This document shows positions 13,514-26,236 of a DNA stretch of 64,000 nucleotides, one piece after another. The first letter of the stretch is position 1; each line of letters opens with the position of its first letter. The stretch comes from Lepidodermella squamata. Lineage: Eukaryota > Animalia > Gastrotricha. The stretch spans positions 3,720,001-3,784,000 of the forward strand of contig JBLDXI010000024.1 in the NCBI GenBank assembly GCA_047495785.1. The letters are read 5' to 3'. Both the position numbers and the translations under genes were made by a program. A model generated the notes under the pieces. It ran no database searches. It saw only the letters and a list, made by a program, of their open reading frames with translations, and had not been told where the DNA came from.

Positions 13514-14880
13514 TCAAAGCCGAGCGACGCCGTAAAGGTCGTGCGTCCGTGCGTTGAAACATTTGTAAGAGCAAACTTGAGCTCGAATCGGTATGCGACC
13601 AGCGTTGTTGAGAGTGCCCATTACATCACGCGAATCAATGAATCTAACACATTCCAGCCAAGTATGCAAAAAGTATTGTCGACAAATCGAGCACTGGCCG
13701 GCGGCAGATAGCAAGTCATAAATCTTCGGCATTCTCAATACGACACGGCTAGTTTGTGAGCCTCGTTTCCTCAACTCCTTCAATAAAACACGCGCGGCCA
13801 ACTCCTTCAACGTGAATACAACCGGTTCTTGATACGAGTAAACTGGGTCGTAAGGAACTAAATTGTTCTCCTCGCAATGAAAATCGCGCAGCTTCAACGA
13901 GTCGAAATTGTTAGGGAAGTAAGAGATGCAATTACCGGCGATATCAAGATCCATCAAAGAAACCAAATTTCCAAACGTTTCAGGAAGTTCTTTCAGTCGA
14001 TTACCGGAGATGTTCAACACGCGCAACTCTGTCAAATTACCAAACAAATAGGGTAAATAATGAATGCGATTGAATCCTAATCGCAACTCCTGTAGTGTCT
14101 TGCAATTGCATATTTCATCAGGTAGATACGTAAGCTGGTTCTTTTCAACGGACAACGATTTCAAACTATGAAGGGTGCCTATTGCTGGCGGAAGTTCAGT
14201 GAGATTATTGCAGTTCAAATTCAGCATCTTCAAGTTTTGAAGGCGACATATTATTCCACCAGAAAACGAACTGATTTGATTGCTGTATAAGGCTAGCTTC
14301 TCCAATTTGCCAAGTTCTGCTATTATTTCTGGAACAGTCTCAAACTTGTTGGCTCCGAGGTTGATAACCCGAAGTTGTTCTAGTAAGGCAAACTCGACAG
14401 GCAGTTGGCTAAGCTGATTTCCTTGCAGCTCCAGTTCTTCGATTTTAAACAGCAGTGCTATGCTCTCTCCTGGAACGTCTACCAATTTGTTGTTGGCAGC
14501 AGTAAACCGCTTTGCCCTCTCCCGGATTTTCATGATTCGTCCGATGTCCATGGAAGCCTGCGGGATGGTTTTAATCCCTAAAAAATGTATCAAATAATCA
14601 GCTGGAGAGGCATTTCAGACAGAAATAACAATAAGAAACAGATATACTAGTTATTCAAGCAGCTAAGTTTTATACCAGCACTGGAGAAATACTGGAGAAG
14701 TAGCAAGGATTGGAATGTCTAAATATTATTCCACTGAAACTCTCTATCACTTGTAAAACAGTGACCGATGTCCCCGAGCCAGGGACGACCATCAAAGAAC
14801 ACTCTTACTAAGTGTTTCCAATCTCGTGAGTGTAGCGTAGCGTTAGAGGCTTCAGTTGGAGTCGCTAAAGAAGCCACCAT
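13514..14880 (-). CDS. LRRC69: leucine-rich repeat protein 69 (main exon 13514-14577; 5' exons tentative)
   Basis: LRRs followed by LDIAGN...LKLRDFHCEEN...CSICRQYFLHTWLECVRF...CSYKCF...LYGVA, matching the recalled LRRC69 C-terminus. Confidence 0.85.
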
Positions 14881-15492
14881 CGTCAGGGATCATTAAACTT
14901 GACACTAAATTTTGATCATCCATTTAGTAATTGTAATATGCAATTTTCATATTTTCTGAATAATTAATTTTTACATAGCAACAAGCGTCCCTATCACTTT
15001 AATCGTTGCGCTTTGAGAGAAACCGGTTGTAGCGGAGCCAACTTCTGTTTCCACCTGGCATCTCTGAGTAATAGCTTGGCATTTATGTCTCACCGTATCC
15101 GTATCTATCGAAATATGATATCTCAGCTTTAGGCAATAGTTAGCCTTAGTTAGAACTTAAGCCTACGAGTTTGACAGTTATTCAGCAGCTTATTCAGCGA
15201 CTTCATTGGCCCTGGTAATACGATTAAATATCGTTTTCTTCGCAATTAAATGCCCTCAAACAGACGTACTGCAAGCAAACTTGTGAGCGCGTATCCATTA
15301 AATTTTCCAAACTTCGCGAAACACTGATATGTACCTCGCGCCGATTCGTCTGCATGTGTGTTTTTTATGTTGTACGTAGCACTCCAATGATGTATAGTTG
15401 AAGCTCTGTGAGCAACGCTTCTCCACGAATACTAATCTTCTTTATTAGAGGCAGTTATTAGTCCGTCTGTTTAACTCCAGAGCAGCATTAAC

Positions 15493-18400
15493 ATGGTTAA
15501 AAAACTGAAGCGTGATGACAAGACGCCAGTGGCCGATGTGGTAAGCTACTTGAACGTTGAGAAATTAACTTTCCTAACTATTATCAATTTCAGTTTGATC
15601 CGATTCTCATTGAAAGCCGACAGGCAGCCACCGTGACTTTAATGCTCGATAGCCCCGAGGAAGAAGTGCTGATCAGAGCATGTGAAGCCATATTTCGATT
15701 CACAGACAAAGGTTTGAACTCTAATTTCACTTGATTACGACCCTTCTTCAAATAATGTGCTCTCTAGCTGAGGAAAACAAGCGAACGCTCCATGAGTTGA
15801 TGGCGACTGAGAAGCTCATGCATTTGATGCAGCACCCTGATAAAAGCGTTCGGCGTAACTCGATGATGGCTATCGGAGTAATGTCTGATCATCGTAAGTC
15901 TTATCTGTCCCATTAAAATTTTGTAAATGTGATTACCCATTCTCAGCCGATGTGCGGAAGTACCTGCGAAAAAGAGAGGATACAGTTAACATCCTGATCA
16001 ACCTACTGTCACCTGAAACAGAAGATCGGCTTACTAATGAATTTGCTTCCATGTGCACCAGCCGCTTGGCCATTGAATACACTGGCAAAGCGCTGTTAGC
16101 AGCAAGAAATGAGATATACATTGCGTTGATAAATCTGCTGGGAAATAGCGATCCTGATATTCAAAAGAATTCGATCGAAACGCTTCATTTGATGATTCAC
16201 GACTACAAGGCCCGTAGTCGACTCCGTGAATTTGAACCATGGGAAGCCATTTTCAACTTATTCGAGTCTGAATACCCGATAATTCAACAACTAGCCTTAC
16301 AAACGTTGCAGAAGATGGCAGAGGACTCGCAAAATCGAGCGATTCTTCTTAATGTTGGCGGCATTAGCCGTTTGGTTGATTTCATCGGAAATTCGGCGTA
16401 TGGAAATCTTCACATGTACGCTATGCAGGCTTTAGCTAACTGCATGGACGACCCAACTACTGTGCAGATGATGCGAGAAAGTGGTTCGCTGGCTCGGTTA
16501 ACAGCTTTCGTCATCGACCAACCTGCTCCTGAGGAAGAAAAGGACGATAAGAAGAAAAAAGGAAATAAGTCGCCCAAGGGAAAGCGAGATGGTACGTTTT
16601 GTTTTGTTTCCTCAGTTAAATTCAACTCTAGTACGTTTATCAAATGAATTGAACAGCTGAATCGCCAGGCGGTAGTCGCCTAGGGCAATATGGTATAGAA
16701 AAGTGTTGTGAACTCGTTGTGTAAAATCTCTGACGTTTAAAGCAATCGCACTTCTACATCAGTAATTGATGAACACTTTATTTATTTCAACCGCACCAGA
16801 TGACTATGGTAGGTTTCTTTCAACCGTTGTCGCTCTTCCGCCTATTTTCAAATTTATTTATTTGTAGACTTCGTTAGAGTAAACATTTCGACTGATATTT
16901 CCCTTACTTTCGCATGAAAACTATCAAGTTATACCGAACCGCCCTAATTGCTGGTTTTCGTTTCTTTTCAGATAAAAAGGACAAGAAAAAGAAAGGCGCT
17001 GATAAAGGTGGAGATGAGCAGGTCGTGCCGACTCTTGCGATTCTGAAGGAAAACGCGGCCTTGGCAATTGCTCGTTGCGCCCGGCAGGCCCCGATTCGGC
17101 AAATGTTCCACGAACAAAACATGGAAGTTTCACTGCACGCCTTGCTTCAACGTGACGAGGATAAAGTTCAATCAGCCGTCGCGAGAGCAATCACAGTCAT
17201 GGGCGAGTCGGATATTTGCCGAGAGGCTTTCAACAAGCTCGAAACTGTGCCACTCTTAGTGAAGCGATGCTTCTCAGATTTCGCGCATGTTCGAGAAGCC
17301 TCGACCTTGGCTTTGGCTAATCTAACGAGCAACCACCCTAGAAATTGCCAGGGCGTCGATGAATCTGTCGATTTGGCTCGAGTTATCGGGTTGCTGGAGG
17401 AGAAGTCTGATCTAACCGTAACATCAGTGTTGCAAATTTGCACGAATCTAGCCGCTGTCGAACATTTGAGACTGAAATTGGAGGTCATGGGCGTTGTTTC
17501 GGCGATTTTGACGTGTCTCCGATCTCACGAGAACCCTCTAGTTCAAAGCCGTGGGCTACTAGCGGCTTCGTCTTATTTAGTCGATCAAGAGTGTAGGAAT
17601 GAATTTCGAGAATTGGGCGGGTGTGAAACGTTGGCGAACCTCGTCGCATCACCCGATCCTGAGGTACTTCGAATGGCTTCTCTCGCCATCGCAACTCTAG
17701 GCACAGACCACACGGCTGCGGCTGAAATGTGCGCTGTAGGGTGCGTGGAAACCCTACGACAGGTTCAAATGTCCGAAACTCGCAAAAATTCATTCTCTCA
17801 AATGGCTTTGGATAAACTGTTGGCGTCAAGTCTGCCCATGAAATACGCCCTGTATTCGAGGTTAGACGCGACTGATGTTATCGGCGATGGCTTCTACGAT
17901 GCCGGTCCGATTGTTGATATCGCGCAATTAGCCACCCTGGAGGGCTATTGCCGCGCTCCATTGAACCAACGCCGTCCGGTTTTGTTGGTAAATGCGGTGA
18001 GGCCGCCGCCGAAAAACGCGGGCTCGGCTGTTCCGCAGCCTGCTGGCCCGGGTGCGCCGGTGAGTCAGCCTCCGGAGCAGGAACAGGATGTTTCAGGTAT
18101 GGTGTCTGGTACGACTTCGGTGATGAGCAACGCGCCTGGTAAGCAGACCGATAAGGAGAAGGGCGGGAAAGGTGATAAAGGCTCGAAGAGATCGTCAGTC
18201 AGCGATAAGAAGCCTCCAAAGTAAGTTAAAACCTTGCTTCAATAAAGCATAATTTTTACTAGAAAATTACTTGAAAATTTGAAAAAAATTCGGAGCTTGG
18301 AAAACCAATTTCATGATTATATTTTCGAAATATAAAGCTATTACGGGGAGTTCTATGATGAGCGGGGTAGTACAACAATGAGCCCAGCTTACTCAATTCG

Positions 18401-19405
18401 GTAGGTTTTTCCGACACAATTCGCACGAATTTTCCTCGCAAATTCAATTTTTGCAATCGTCAAGTGACTGATCCTTTATTTTTTCTACCACCAATATATA
18501 TTTCAGATTTTTCTAATTTTTGTCCGTTTTTCTATTCGCAGGGGCCCCGGTGGTAAGGGAAGTAAACCTCAGACGGGTAATACGTCTCCAGATCCGTTGC
18601 AAACCGGCACCCCGGAGCCCATGCGAACCCCGGAACCGACAATGGGTCTTCCGCCGGGCAACGACCGCGTCCCATCTGCTGTACCTATGCAACAGGGTGG
18701 GGTGTTTACACCACCCTATGACCCCATTCTCGCCGACTACATCGAGGAGGTGCAAAGAGCCATCGAACCGTTGCCTAGCTCGTGGCATCAGGCTGTTACC
18801 CTCGCTCAGTAAGTTTTTAAAAATATGCAAATAAAATTTTGACATTTTTTCAAAATTTTAGATTGAAATTAAAATTTTCAAAAATTTGAAAAACAAAATC
18901 CGGATTTCAAATTTCATCAAATTAATTAAAAAATTGAAATTTTAGGAATTTTCAAAAGTTGAAATTTCAAAATTTCAAATTAATTTTTTTCAAAATTTTC
19001 AGATACGTTTCTGACAAAATGGGCGGTGCGGTAGATCGCGATCAGCTGACATCTGTGCCTTTCGAACTGCCTCTCTCGCAACTAAAAGTCGAATTCGAAT
19101 CCAACGTGTTACCCATCGGTTACGTTAAACTCGGCGTCCATCAACACCGGGCGCTGCTCTACAAGGCGCTAGCCGATCGCATATCGCTACCCGCTTCGCT
19201 AATACGCGGCCATTACAATCGGTACGCAAATGTTGTCGAACTCGTGGACGATGTTGATGGAACAGCGAGCCCATCAACAGGCACCGGGCAGGCTGTTGTA
19301 GGCCAAGTCATCGCCCCCAAGCCGTATCTCGTCGATTTACTGCACCAGCCTGGCCGGTTGATGAAACTCGAATCAAACGAAGCAATTGAATATATGAAAC
19401 TTTGA
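15493..19405 (+). CDS. ARMC3: armadillo repeat-containing protein 3 (multi-exon)
   Basis: Spliced N-terminus MVKKLKRDDKTPVADVFDPILIESRQAATVTLMLDSPEEEVLIRACEAI; ARM repeats; DGFYDAG; EDR1-like C-terminus (HRALLYKALADRI...YLVDLLHQPGRLM). Confidence 0.92.
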
Positions 19406-19883
19406 AAAATCAAATTGAACTGTGATAGATCTGTCCGAATCTGGGACATTTTTTACAATTATTATCAAAAAATGTAGATCATTTCGAAAATGAAAGTTGT
19501 GTTTTCTTGATATAAAATAGTGTCTGGATTTGATCAAAATGACCATCTTTCGCCAAATTATTAGCCGCGGAAATGTCTTAGGAAACGTTTTCCGCCGGTT
19601 TGTAAAATGTGCCGTAATATGCCATTGTTATTGTTGAGTGTTATCTCTATTGTAATTTTGACATTTTTCCACTCTGAACGCCTTTTGTTACTAGGCAAGC
19701 CAATTTTCGCGCATCTTCTTTCATGTTATTGTTTGCCGGCCGGAATTTCATTTGAAATTCTTTAGTTTTACCCCAAAAATTGTGCCACGTGTGGTTTAGT
19801 TTATTTTAAATTTATTTGCAATTTTTCACGAAATTTTGCCAGAAATAAACTGCGATATTGCTGAATAAAATCGTGTTTTAAAA

Positions 19884-20397
19884 ATGGCTATCAAATTATT
19901 TGCGGTGGTTTTGCTGATATCTGTGGCTGGTAATTTTTCGATTAGTTTTAAATTAAAATTATGTTTCATTTAAAACAGCTGAAAATTTGAACCAGAAATC
20001 TGCGGATGAAATTTCGCAATTTTTGCTCGAAACTGGCAACAATGATACCGCATCAAATTTAGAGTCTTTCCGCCGTTTTCTCGGAACATCACGGTTGCGG
20101 ATCAACCATAATAAACCGCAAGTAAACGAGGGTTGGGTTTATTCAACTGGCGAGGTAGTGGAGGAGGAGGAAGAGGGCGTAACTTCGGAAGCTTCCGAGC
20201 CAATAAACGCGGATTATTCAGGATCCGGATCCGGATCAGGCGATGCCTCGGTTGATATTGAACGACGGCGGTTATTAGACCAGGAAGTCAGCCGCAAATT
20301 GCTGTGGGACAACATAACCGCGGACGATTTTATTTGGGTAGAGCAGCCTACTTTCGATTACGATCGTGAGTATATGAAAAATCTCGGACTTCGCTAA
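19884..20397 (+). CDS. secreted acidic Ser-Gly protein (candidate proteoglycan core); 3' end uncertain
   Basis: Signal-peptide exon MAIKLFAVVLLISVA with a short intron; EEEEEG...DYSGSGSGSGD motif. Confidence 0.55.
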
Positions 20398-20795
20398 ATT
20401 AATTAAATTTTTTTATATTCTAGACCACGAGCAAGGAAATCTGTGCAAAACAGTAAGTTGTCAAGAGAAAAGTGGGATTTCCAAAATTTTTCACGTCCTT
20501 AGCCTTATGCACAGTTGAGAAGAGCAAAATGCGCTGACTTTATTGATATATAACACTAGATATGTGAAAATTGTTGGCAAAATCCCATTTTTCAGCTATC
20601 AGTATTCATATTTTATTATTTTTATTGATAGCACTCGCTCACGTGCGGGATTATAATAATTGGCCTCTTAGCGGCAATGCTCATCCTCGTTCTCATCGTA
20701 ACGACAAAATGCTGCGCTGTCAATCGATAAAAAATTTCCGCAGTCCTAAAATTTACTAAAAAATTTACTTTCAATTTTTTCTCACACGAGCAAAA

Positions 20796-21578
20796 ATGAT
20801 TTTTAAACGCCGAAATCGTCGCATGTCTGAAGGAACAGAGATGATGGAGACTATTCGAGAGTCTAATGCGGCCCCAGTTAAGGAGTTGTCGTCGCCTGAG
20901 GAGGAAGAGGAAGAAGCTGTAACTCCACCTGGCTCGGACTCGGCTGAAAAATGGCGGAAAATGACGTTTCACGGCCTTGGCATGGAGCAAACGGCAGATT
21001 TCAACAAGTCAAACCAGTGGATTAAGGACAAACCGCCGCGTAGCCGCAACTCTTGTTCAGTTGCGCCTATCAGCGCGGTATATAAAAGTTCCCGTAGCAA
21101 AAGTCAAGGCGAAGTAATGGGAATTCGCGAATTTCGCGAGGCGATGATGCATCCCAAAAATGAAGTTCGCATGCGTAATGTCATCGCTGAATGCTGCCGC
21201 GAGAAGGGCCTTGAAGTCTTCGAGGAGGTCTACACAACATCAGCCAAGCAGGAGAAGGTCGATCTGGTGATTGTCGATCGGAAGAACGACAAAATTTTGA
21301 TCGTCGATCCTACGGCGCCGGCCGATTCAAAAATCGACGAGGAAAAGCGAGAGCACTACAAGTTGACGATTCCAATTTTGCAGGCTGAGTTTAAAATTCA
21401 GAATGTCAAAGTTGCAGAGAGCATTATGGGCACGTTCGAGACGATTTCCAAGCATTTTGCAGAGTTTTTTCGCGACCGCAATCTGGCGAGTTCGTTTTTT
21501 GAAAAAATGAGCTACTTTCGACGTTCTTTTTTACCCTCGTTACAAAATATTGTAAAATCACATTCGCCAATAAAATAA
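20796..21578 (+). CDS. stand-alone ORF derived from the restriction-like endonuclease C-terminus of an R2/NeSL-group non-LTR retrotransposon
   Basis: W..GLG...SNQWI, then RNVIAECCREKGLEVFEEV...KVDLVIVD...IVDPT...EEKREHY; no RT and no CCHC knuckle. Confidence 0.65.
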   Translation: MIFKRRNRRMSEGTEMMETIRESNAAPVKELSSPEEEEEEAVTPPGSDSAEKWRKMTFHGLGMEQTADFNKSNQWIKDKPPRSRNSCSVAPISAVYKSSRSKSQGEVMGIREFREAMMHPKNEVRMRNVIAECCREKGLEVFEEVYTTSAKQEKVDLVIVDRKNDKILIVDPTAPADSKIDEEKREHYKLTIPILQAEFKIQNVKVAESIMGTFETISKHFAEFFRDRNLASSFFEKMSYFRRSFLPSLQNIVKSHSPIK

Positions 21579-21677
21579 GTGGAGAGCAAGGAATTCGTTC
21601 TTTAACATCGAAGATTTATTAAAAAATTGCTTTCAGCAGAGTATATAACATTTGAAAGAACTGATATTAACAGTTAT

Positions 21678-22022
21678 TTATTGGTGATTATGGTGGCCCC
21701 TGGAGCGAGCTGTAGTGGCGGCTTCGACTGCACCGCTAACGCCTTTTTTATTCGTCGCCTCAGTGGCTCCACTGTTGCCTCGCTTCTGGCCGTGGTTGGC
21801 GCCATTGTCGCTAGCAGCTCGCTTCGGCCGGTTCGATCCGCCGCTGTTTCCTCTGGCGGCAGATTTGTTGTTTGGCCCTGATCTTCCTCTTGCAGCAATC
21901 TGGGTCGAATTTCTCTCCTCGGATGAGTGGCTCGAGTCTCCTTTTCCGAGAGGCTTTGACAGGACTAGCTCGACGAGAAGCACAGCAGCAATGGCCACAA
22001 TGAACAGCTTTGCTGAATGCAT
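21678..22022 (-). CDS. orphan 114-aa secreted hydrophilic peptide precursor, copy 1
   Basis: Signal peptide, then G/S/N/R/A-rich disordered region with KR/KK sites; TATAAAA upstream; two paralogues in the window. Confidence 0.8.
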   Translation of the reverse strand: MHSAKLFIVAIAAVLLVELVLSKPLGKGDSSHSSEERNSTQIAARGRSGPNNKSAARGNSGGSNRPKRAASDNGANHGQKRGNSGATEATNKKGVSGAVEAATTARSRGHHNHQ

Positions 22023-22118
22023 GGTTGAAGTTGAAAGGTGGTGTGGAGCTTTACAGTTAGAGTTGGATGTTTATTCAAGTTTTGAATCTGATGCTTTTCT
22101 GACCAAATTTCGGCTTCA

Positions 22119-22425
22119 TTTTATAGCCGAATCTACGACCGATTTGGCTCGAAAACCTGTTTACCTGAAACCAGATAAACGCATCAATACAGACATCACG
22201 TGTGTTTCAATTTTGCACGGTTGTTATGCCGTTGTTTTCACGCTTAAACGTAGAAACCACTGCGGCGTTACTTGGGCAGAAACCACTAGCGACACCGCAT
22301 TGACGTCACAACTTGTTTTGGTAGGAGCTTTCAGAAAAAAACCTTAGCCACGCGAATTTTCAAATAGACTTCCACCACCCACCACACGTATTCTCTAAAA
22401 GGCTGCGATTGTCAAATGACTCAGG
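22119..22425 (-). promoter_or_regulatory. conserved promoter of the secreted peptide (TATA, forkhead GTAAACA, E-box, CRE, AP-1)
   Basis: TATAAAA ~22119-22125, GTAAACA ~22158-22164, CACGTG ~22197, TGACGTCA 22301-22308, TGACTCA ~22417. TATA, GTAAACA and CRE are retained in copies 2 and 3. Confidence 0.55.
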
Positions 22426-23035
22426 GTGCTTAATATACTTGGTAACATTTTCAATTTCTGTTCAGTTTTTATTTGCCCTTTGTGCTTCCACATAATATTG
22501 TAAAATCGAATTTGCCAATAAAATGAATTGATCACAAAGACGTTGTTCTTTCACTTCGAAGATTCTTTTCAGGAGAGTATTATAAGACTTGGAAAGACTT
22601 GGAAGAAAACCCCTGGAGCTTCCCTGTAACCGGGTGTCATGCCGGCGTTCTTTTCTACCTGCGTTGCAAAATATTGTGAACTCGCACTCGCCAAACTGAG
22701 CGCAATGGAGCGCACTGCACCATCACGGCGTTTCGAATCCCTCAACCTGCAACTGGTTTTGTTTTTAATTTTTCCCCGTATCTGCTCGCATATTCTATTC
22801 GCAGTGATGTGAGCTTCATTCGTTATCCTTAAAACGAAGCCCGAAAAGCACGTTTGTCCGAAATAAGAACGCCTTACCGCATAGATTTCTGCATAGATTT
22901 AGAAAAAACTTATATTGATGAATTTTTTATGCGCCAGGTGTCCAGTTAAGGGAACACAGCGCAGCTTCGATTATTATTCTTGCGCCTCGTAATATCAGTC
23001 GAGTCAGTAATCAGTCAACCCAATATTTGTTGAAG

Positions 23036-24519
23036 ATGAAACTCTTTTTCGCAAAAACTTTTCCCCTACTTTCTATTACTTACTCTGTGTTCGGCGGCGT
23101 CAAAGACGACTACTCGTACTTGGGAGATGCAAATCGTAAGCCGCAAATTATTCTCAGACCGATCGGCTTAATCTGATTTCTTACAGTGAATAATTGGAGA
23201 GTAGGCGGGAACTGGGCAGGTCCTTATTTACAGTCAGACAAGCGCATAACGCTGGGCGGCAATAGTGAATGCGATGCAAAAACCCATGGTTACTTGGCTT
23301 CGACAAAAGTATGTACCTTTCTCAAATCCTCATTGCTAATTTTATGTGAGTTTTGTCGCAGAGACTGCCCACCATCCTTAGTGATATTGTCATAAATGCC
23401 ACGTTCGATTTTCGCTGCTCTGGAAGCTACGGAGCACGTCTCCTTGTCATTCCCGAATCCTTGCTAACAACTAATAACACTGTTACCTTCTACATGAACG
23501 AATCATCATTCATCGGGATAAATGTGTGGTTTACCCCTTATTATTCTCGTATTGCTACTTTAGTCGCCGGAACGCCGAAAAACGCTAGTGACTTAGGTAA
23601 CTACGTCTTGTCCTCTCGGAATGATGGAAGGAATTACGGTAGCCTCACAACCGGTGGAGTATTCAACATCATCATCACTCTTACCAAAGGAACAGACTTC
23701 AAGGTTGGTTTTCAGATTATAATTTGTGACGGGTCTTAGACAAGCGTCGCGCAAATTAATTCGAAAATTGCGCAAATAAAATATAAACGTCGCGCAAACT
23801 AAAAGGTGCAAAGTACTTAAGCAAAGTGCGACACAATAAATGATGTTGCGAATGGAATTAATTTGGGCTACGTTTTGGGTTTCTCTCATTTGTGATTGTT
23901 GACCTTAAAGGTGGATTATTCGTCGTGGAATGTTTCAGCCTTCACACCGTTCAGCTACAAAGCGGCAACAGCATTGCCTCCTCGCGATGACTGGGTTGTA
24001 GCTGTTACAAGCAATAACCGAGTCCTCCCACAGCTTCATCAGGTCATAGATTTAACTGTTTCTGATGCTGGTAAAACCAAATGATTTGGCTAAAATACTG
24101 TTCTATTTTGCTATTTGAATTAAAGTCGAGTGTGCTCTTAGCATCTGCAAAAATGGATTTTGCTCTTCACCAACAATTCCGGGTTGCAAGTGTTTACCGG
24201 GATGGACTGGAATTTACTGCGATATGCGTAATCCTACAGTCAAAGTTTTGTCGAATATGGCCTAATTTCCCATTTCCAGCCATTTGCAATGGATGCCCTG
24301 CTGGTCAGTACTGCACAGGCCCAAACCAATGCTCCTGTTTTAGCCGCTTCAAAAAAGGCCTCAATTGTGATCAGGGTGAGTTTTTTTTGTGAAACAGAGC
24401 AAAATAGAGCACTTTCTGTTATACATACAGAATTGTGTGACTGCGTCAATGCGAAGCGTTGCTCCGCGATGATGTGCGACTGCCCAGATGGATACCCAAG
24501 GCACGATTGCGGAATTTAG
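23036..24519 (+). CDS. multi-exon secreted protein with C-terminal EGF-like repeats
   Basis: Signal-like MKLFFAKTFPLLSITYSVFG; short introns; CNGCPAGQYCTGPNQCSC...NC and CDCVNAKRCSAMMCDCPDGYPRHDC. Confidence 0.6.
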
Positions 24520-24958
24520 TTCTCAATTGACAAAAATACTAGCCCATACGCTACCTTGAGAATCATTTCAACTGGCTTCACGTTCGTAGTATGTTTGTTA
24601 AACTCCGGATTACCTGATTATCGGAGGTCTAAGCTAGTTTTTGGAAACAAGACATTTTAATAAACTAAAGTAGTAAAAATGATTCCGCGAGGTATTACAA
24701 TCGGCGTTTGGATAAATCGTTAATTTTATTTCGTGGACCCTGGAACTATCCTGAACCGGCTGTCATTCCAGTGTCTTTTTCTACCATCATTAGAAAATAT
24801 TGTTTTAACGCACGAGACAGTTCCCAATGTGCTCGCATTCCCCAATAGAAAACCTGGATAGTGCAAAGACTTCATTTCCTTCACATCGAAGATTTAATAA
24901 AAATTGCTTTCAGCAGAGTAAGTATATAACATTTGAAAGAACTGATATAAAAATGTAT

Positions 24959-25303
24959 TTATTGATGATTATGGTGGCCCCTAGAACGAGCTGTAGTGAC
25001 GGCTTCAACTGCACCGCTGACGCCTTTTTTATTCGTCGCCTCAGTGGCTCCACTGTTGCCTCGCTTCTGGCCGTGGTTGGCGCCATTGTCGCTAGCAGCT
25101 CGCTTTGGCCGGTTCGATCCGCCGCTGTTTCCTCTGGCGGCAGATTTGTTGTTTGGCCCTGATCTTCCTCTTGCAGCAATCTGGGTCGAATTTCTCTCCT
25201 CGGATGAGTGGCTCGAGTCTCCTTTTCCGAGAGGCTTTGACAGGACTAGCTCAACGAGAAGCACAGCAGCAATGGCTATAATCAACAGCTTTGATGAATG
25301 CAT
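24959..25303 (-). CDS. orphan 114-aa secreted peptide precursor, copy 2
   Basis: Near-identical to 21678-22022, with the same promoter (CRE 25601-25608). Confidence 0.8.
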   Translation of the reverse strand: MHSSKLLIIAIAAVLLVELVLSKPLGKGDSSHSSEERNSTQIAARGRSGPNNKSAARGNSGGSNRPKRAASDNGANHGQKRGNSGATEATNKKGVSGAVEAVTTARSRGHHNHQ

Positions 25304-26236
25304 GGTTGAAGTTGAAGGTGTTTGAAGGTGATGAGGTTGAAGGCGTGGAGTTTTATTAAGATTTAAATTTTTTTCAAGGTTTGAATATGATGCTTTTCTC
25401 GCCAAATTTCGGCTTCATTTTATAGGCACATCCACGGCCGATTTGGCTCGGAAACCTGTTTACCTGAAACCAGATAAACGCATCAATACAGACATCAGGT
25501 GTTGCAGGTAATTTTCCGGGTTGTTATGCTGTTGTTTTCAAGATTAAACGCCGAAACCACTGCGGCGTTACATGGGCAGAAACCACTAGCGACGCGGCAT
25601 TGACGTCACAACTTGTTTTGGTAGCTTTCAGAAAAAAATTCTGCCACACGTTGTCCAATGCGCCTTCCGTCAAATGAGTCAGGGTGGCTAACTGACTTGT
25701 GTATTTCTGATTCGTTACTCTATTCAGCATAAAGTTTCTTTAACCCTGTCATTTGTTGGATCTTTGCACCTCTTTGTATAAGGGATGGTAAATTGTGGTT
25801 GGATATGGGGTATGTGGTATTAGCTGACCTGAAGAGCAGCAACTTAATCGCAGCAGTGGTGAGTTCTTAATCTTTCTTCTTAAAGGTATTTGATTTCGAG
25901 TTGCTGAATAATGTCTTCATCTGAAACTAAGTAACGGCTGTGTCCTTTTTTACTTTCTTTGCTTGATAATCGATTGGTGTCTATCGGAGATATATTAATT
26001 TCATTCAAGCCCCGTTTTCATTTGACTTGTTCACGCCATTACACACTTTAATAGCAATGCTTATCAAATGAAAAAGGGTAATATCTCAATTTGACGGCTT
26101 TTTCGTCTTAGGAACCAACTGAATGACAGCAATATTTTCTTCCAGAAATAATAACATGATCACGAACAATTCCGACATTCGTATATCAAGTAATTTTTAT
26201 TGTAATTTTTATTTAGAGTTTATCCCAAGGCCTTAT

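Noticed and set aside
18840-19000. AT-rich quasi-palindromic intron tracts
   Set aside because: Low-complexity A/T sequence typical of introns here; no defined ends.
20796-21578. Possible link between the endonuclease ORF and the U2 gene (U2-targeting retroelements)
   Set aside because: They are ~14 kb apart, the U2 gene is uninterrupted, and no U2 fragment was seen flanking the ORF.
21715-22347. 210-aa plus-strand ORF and equivalents over the peptide genes
   Set aside because: Antisense to the signal-peptide ORF; TATA and promoter orientation support the other strand.
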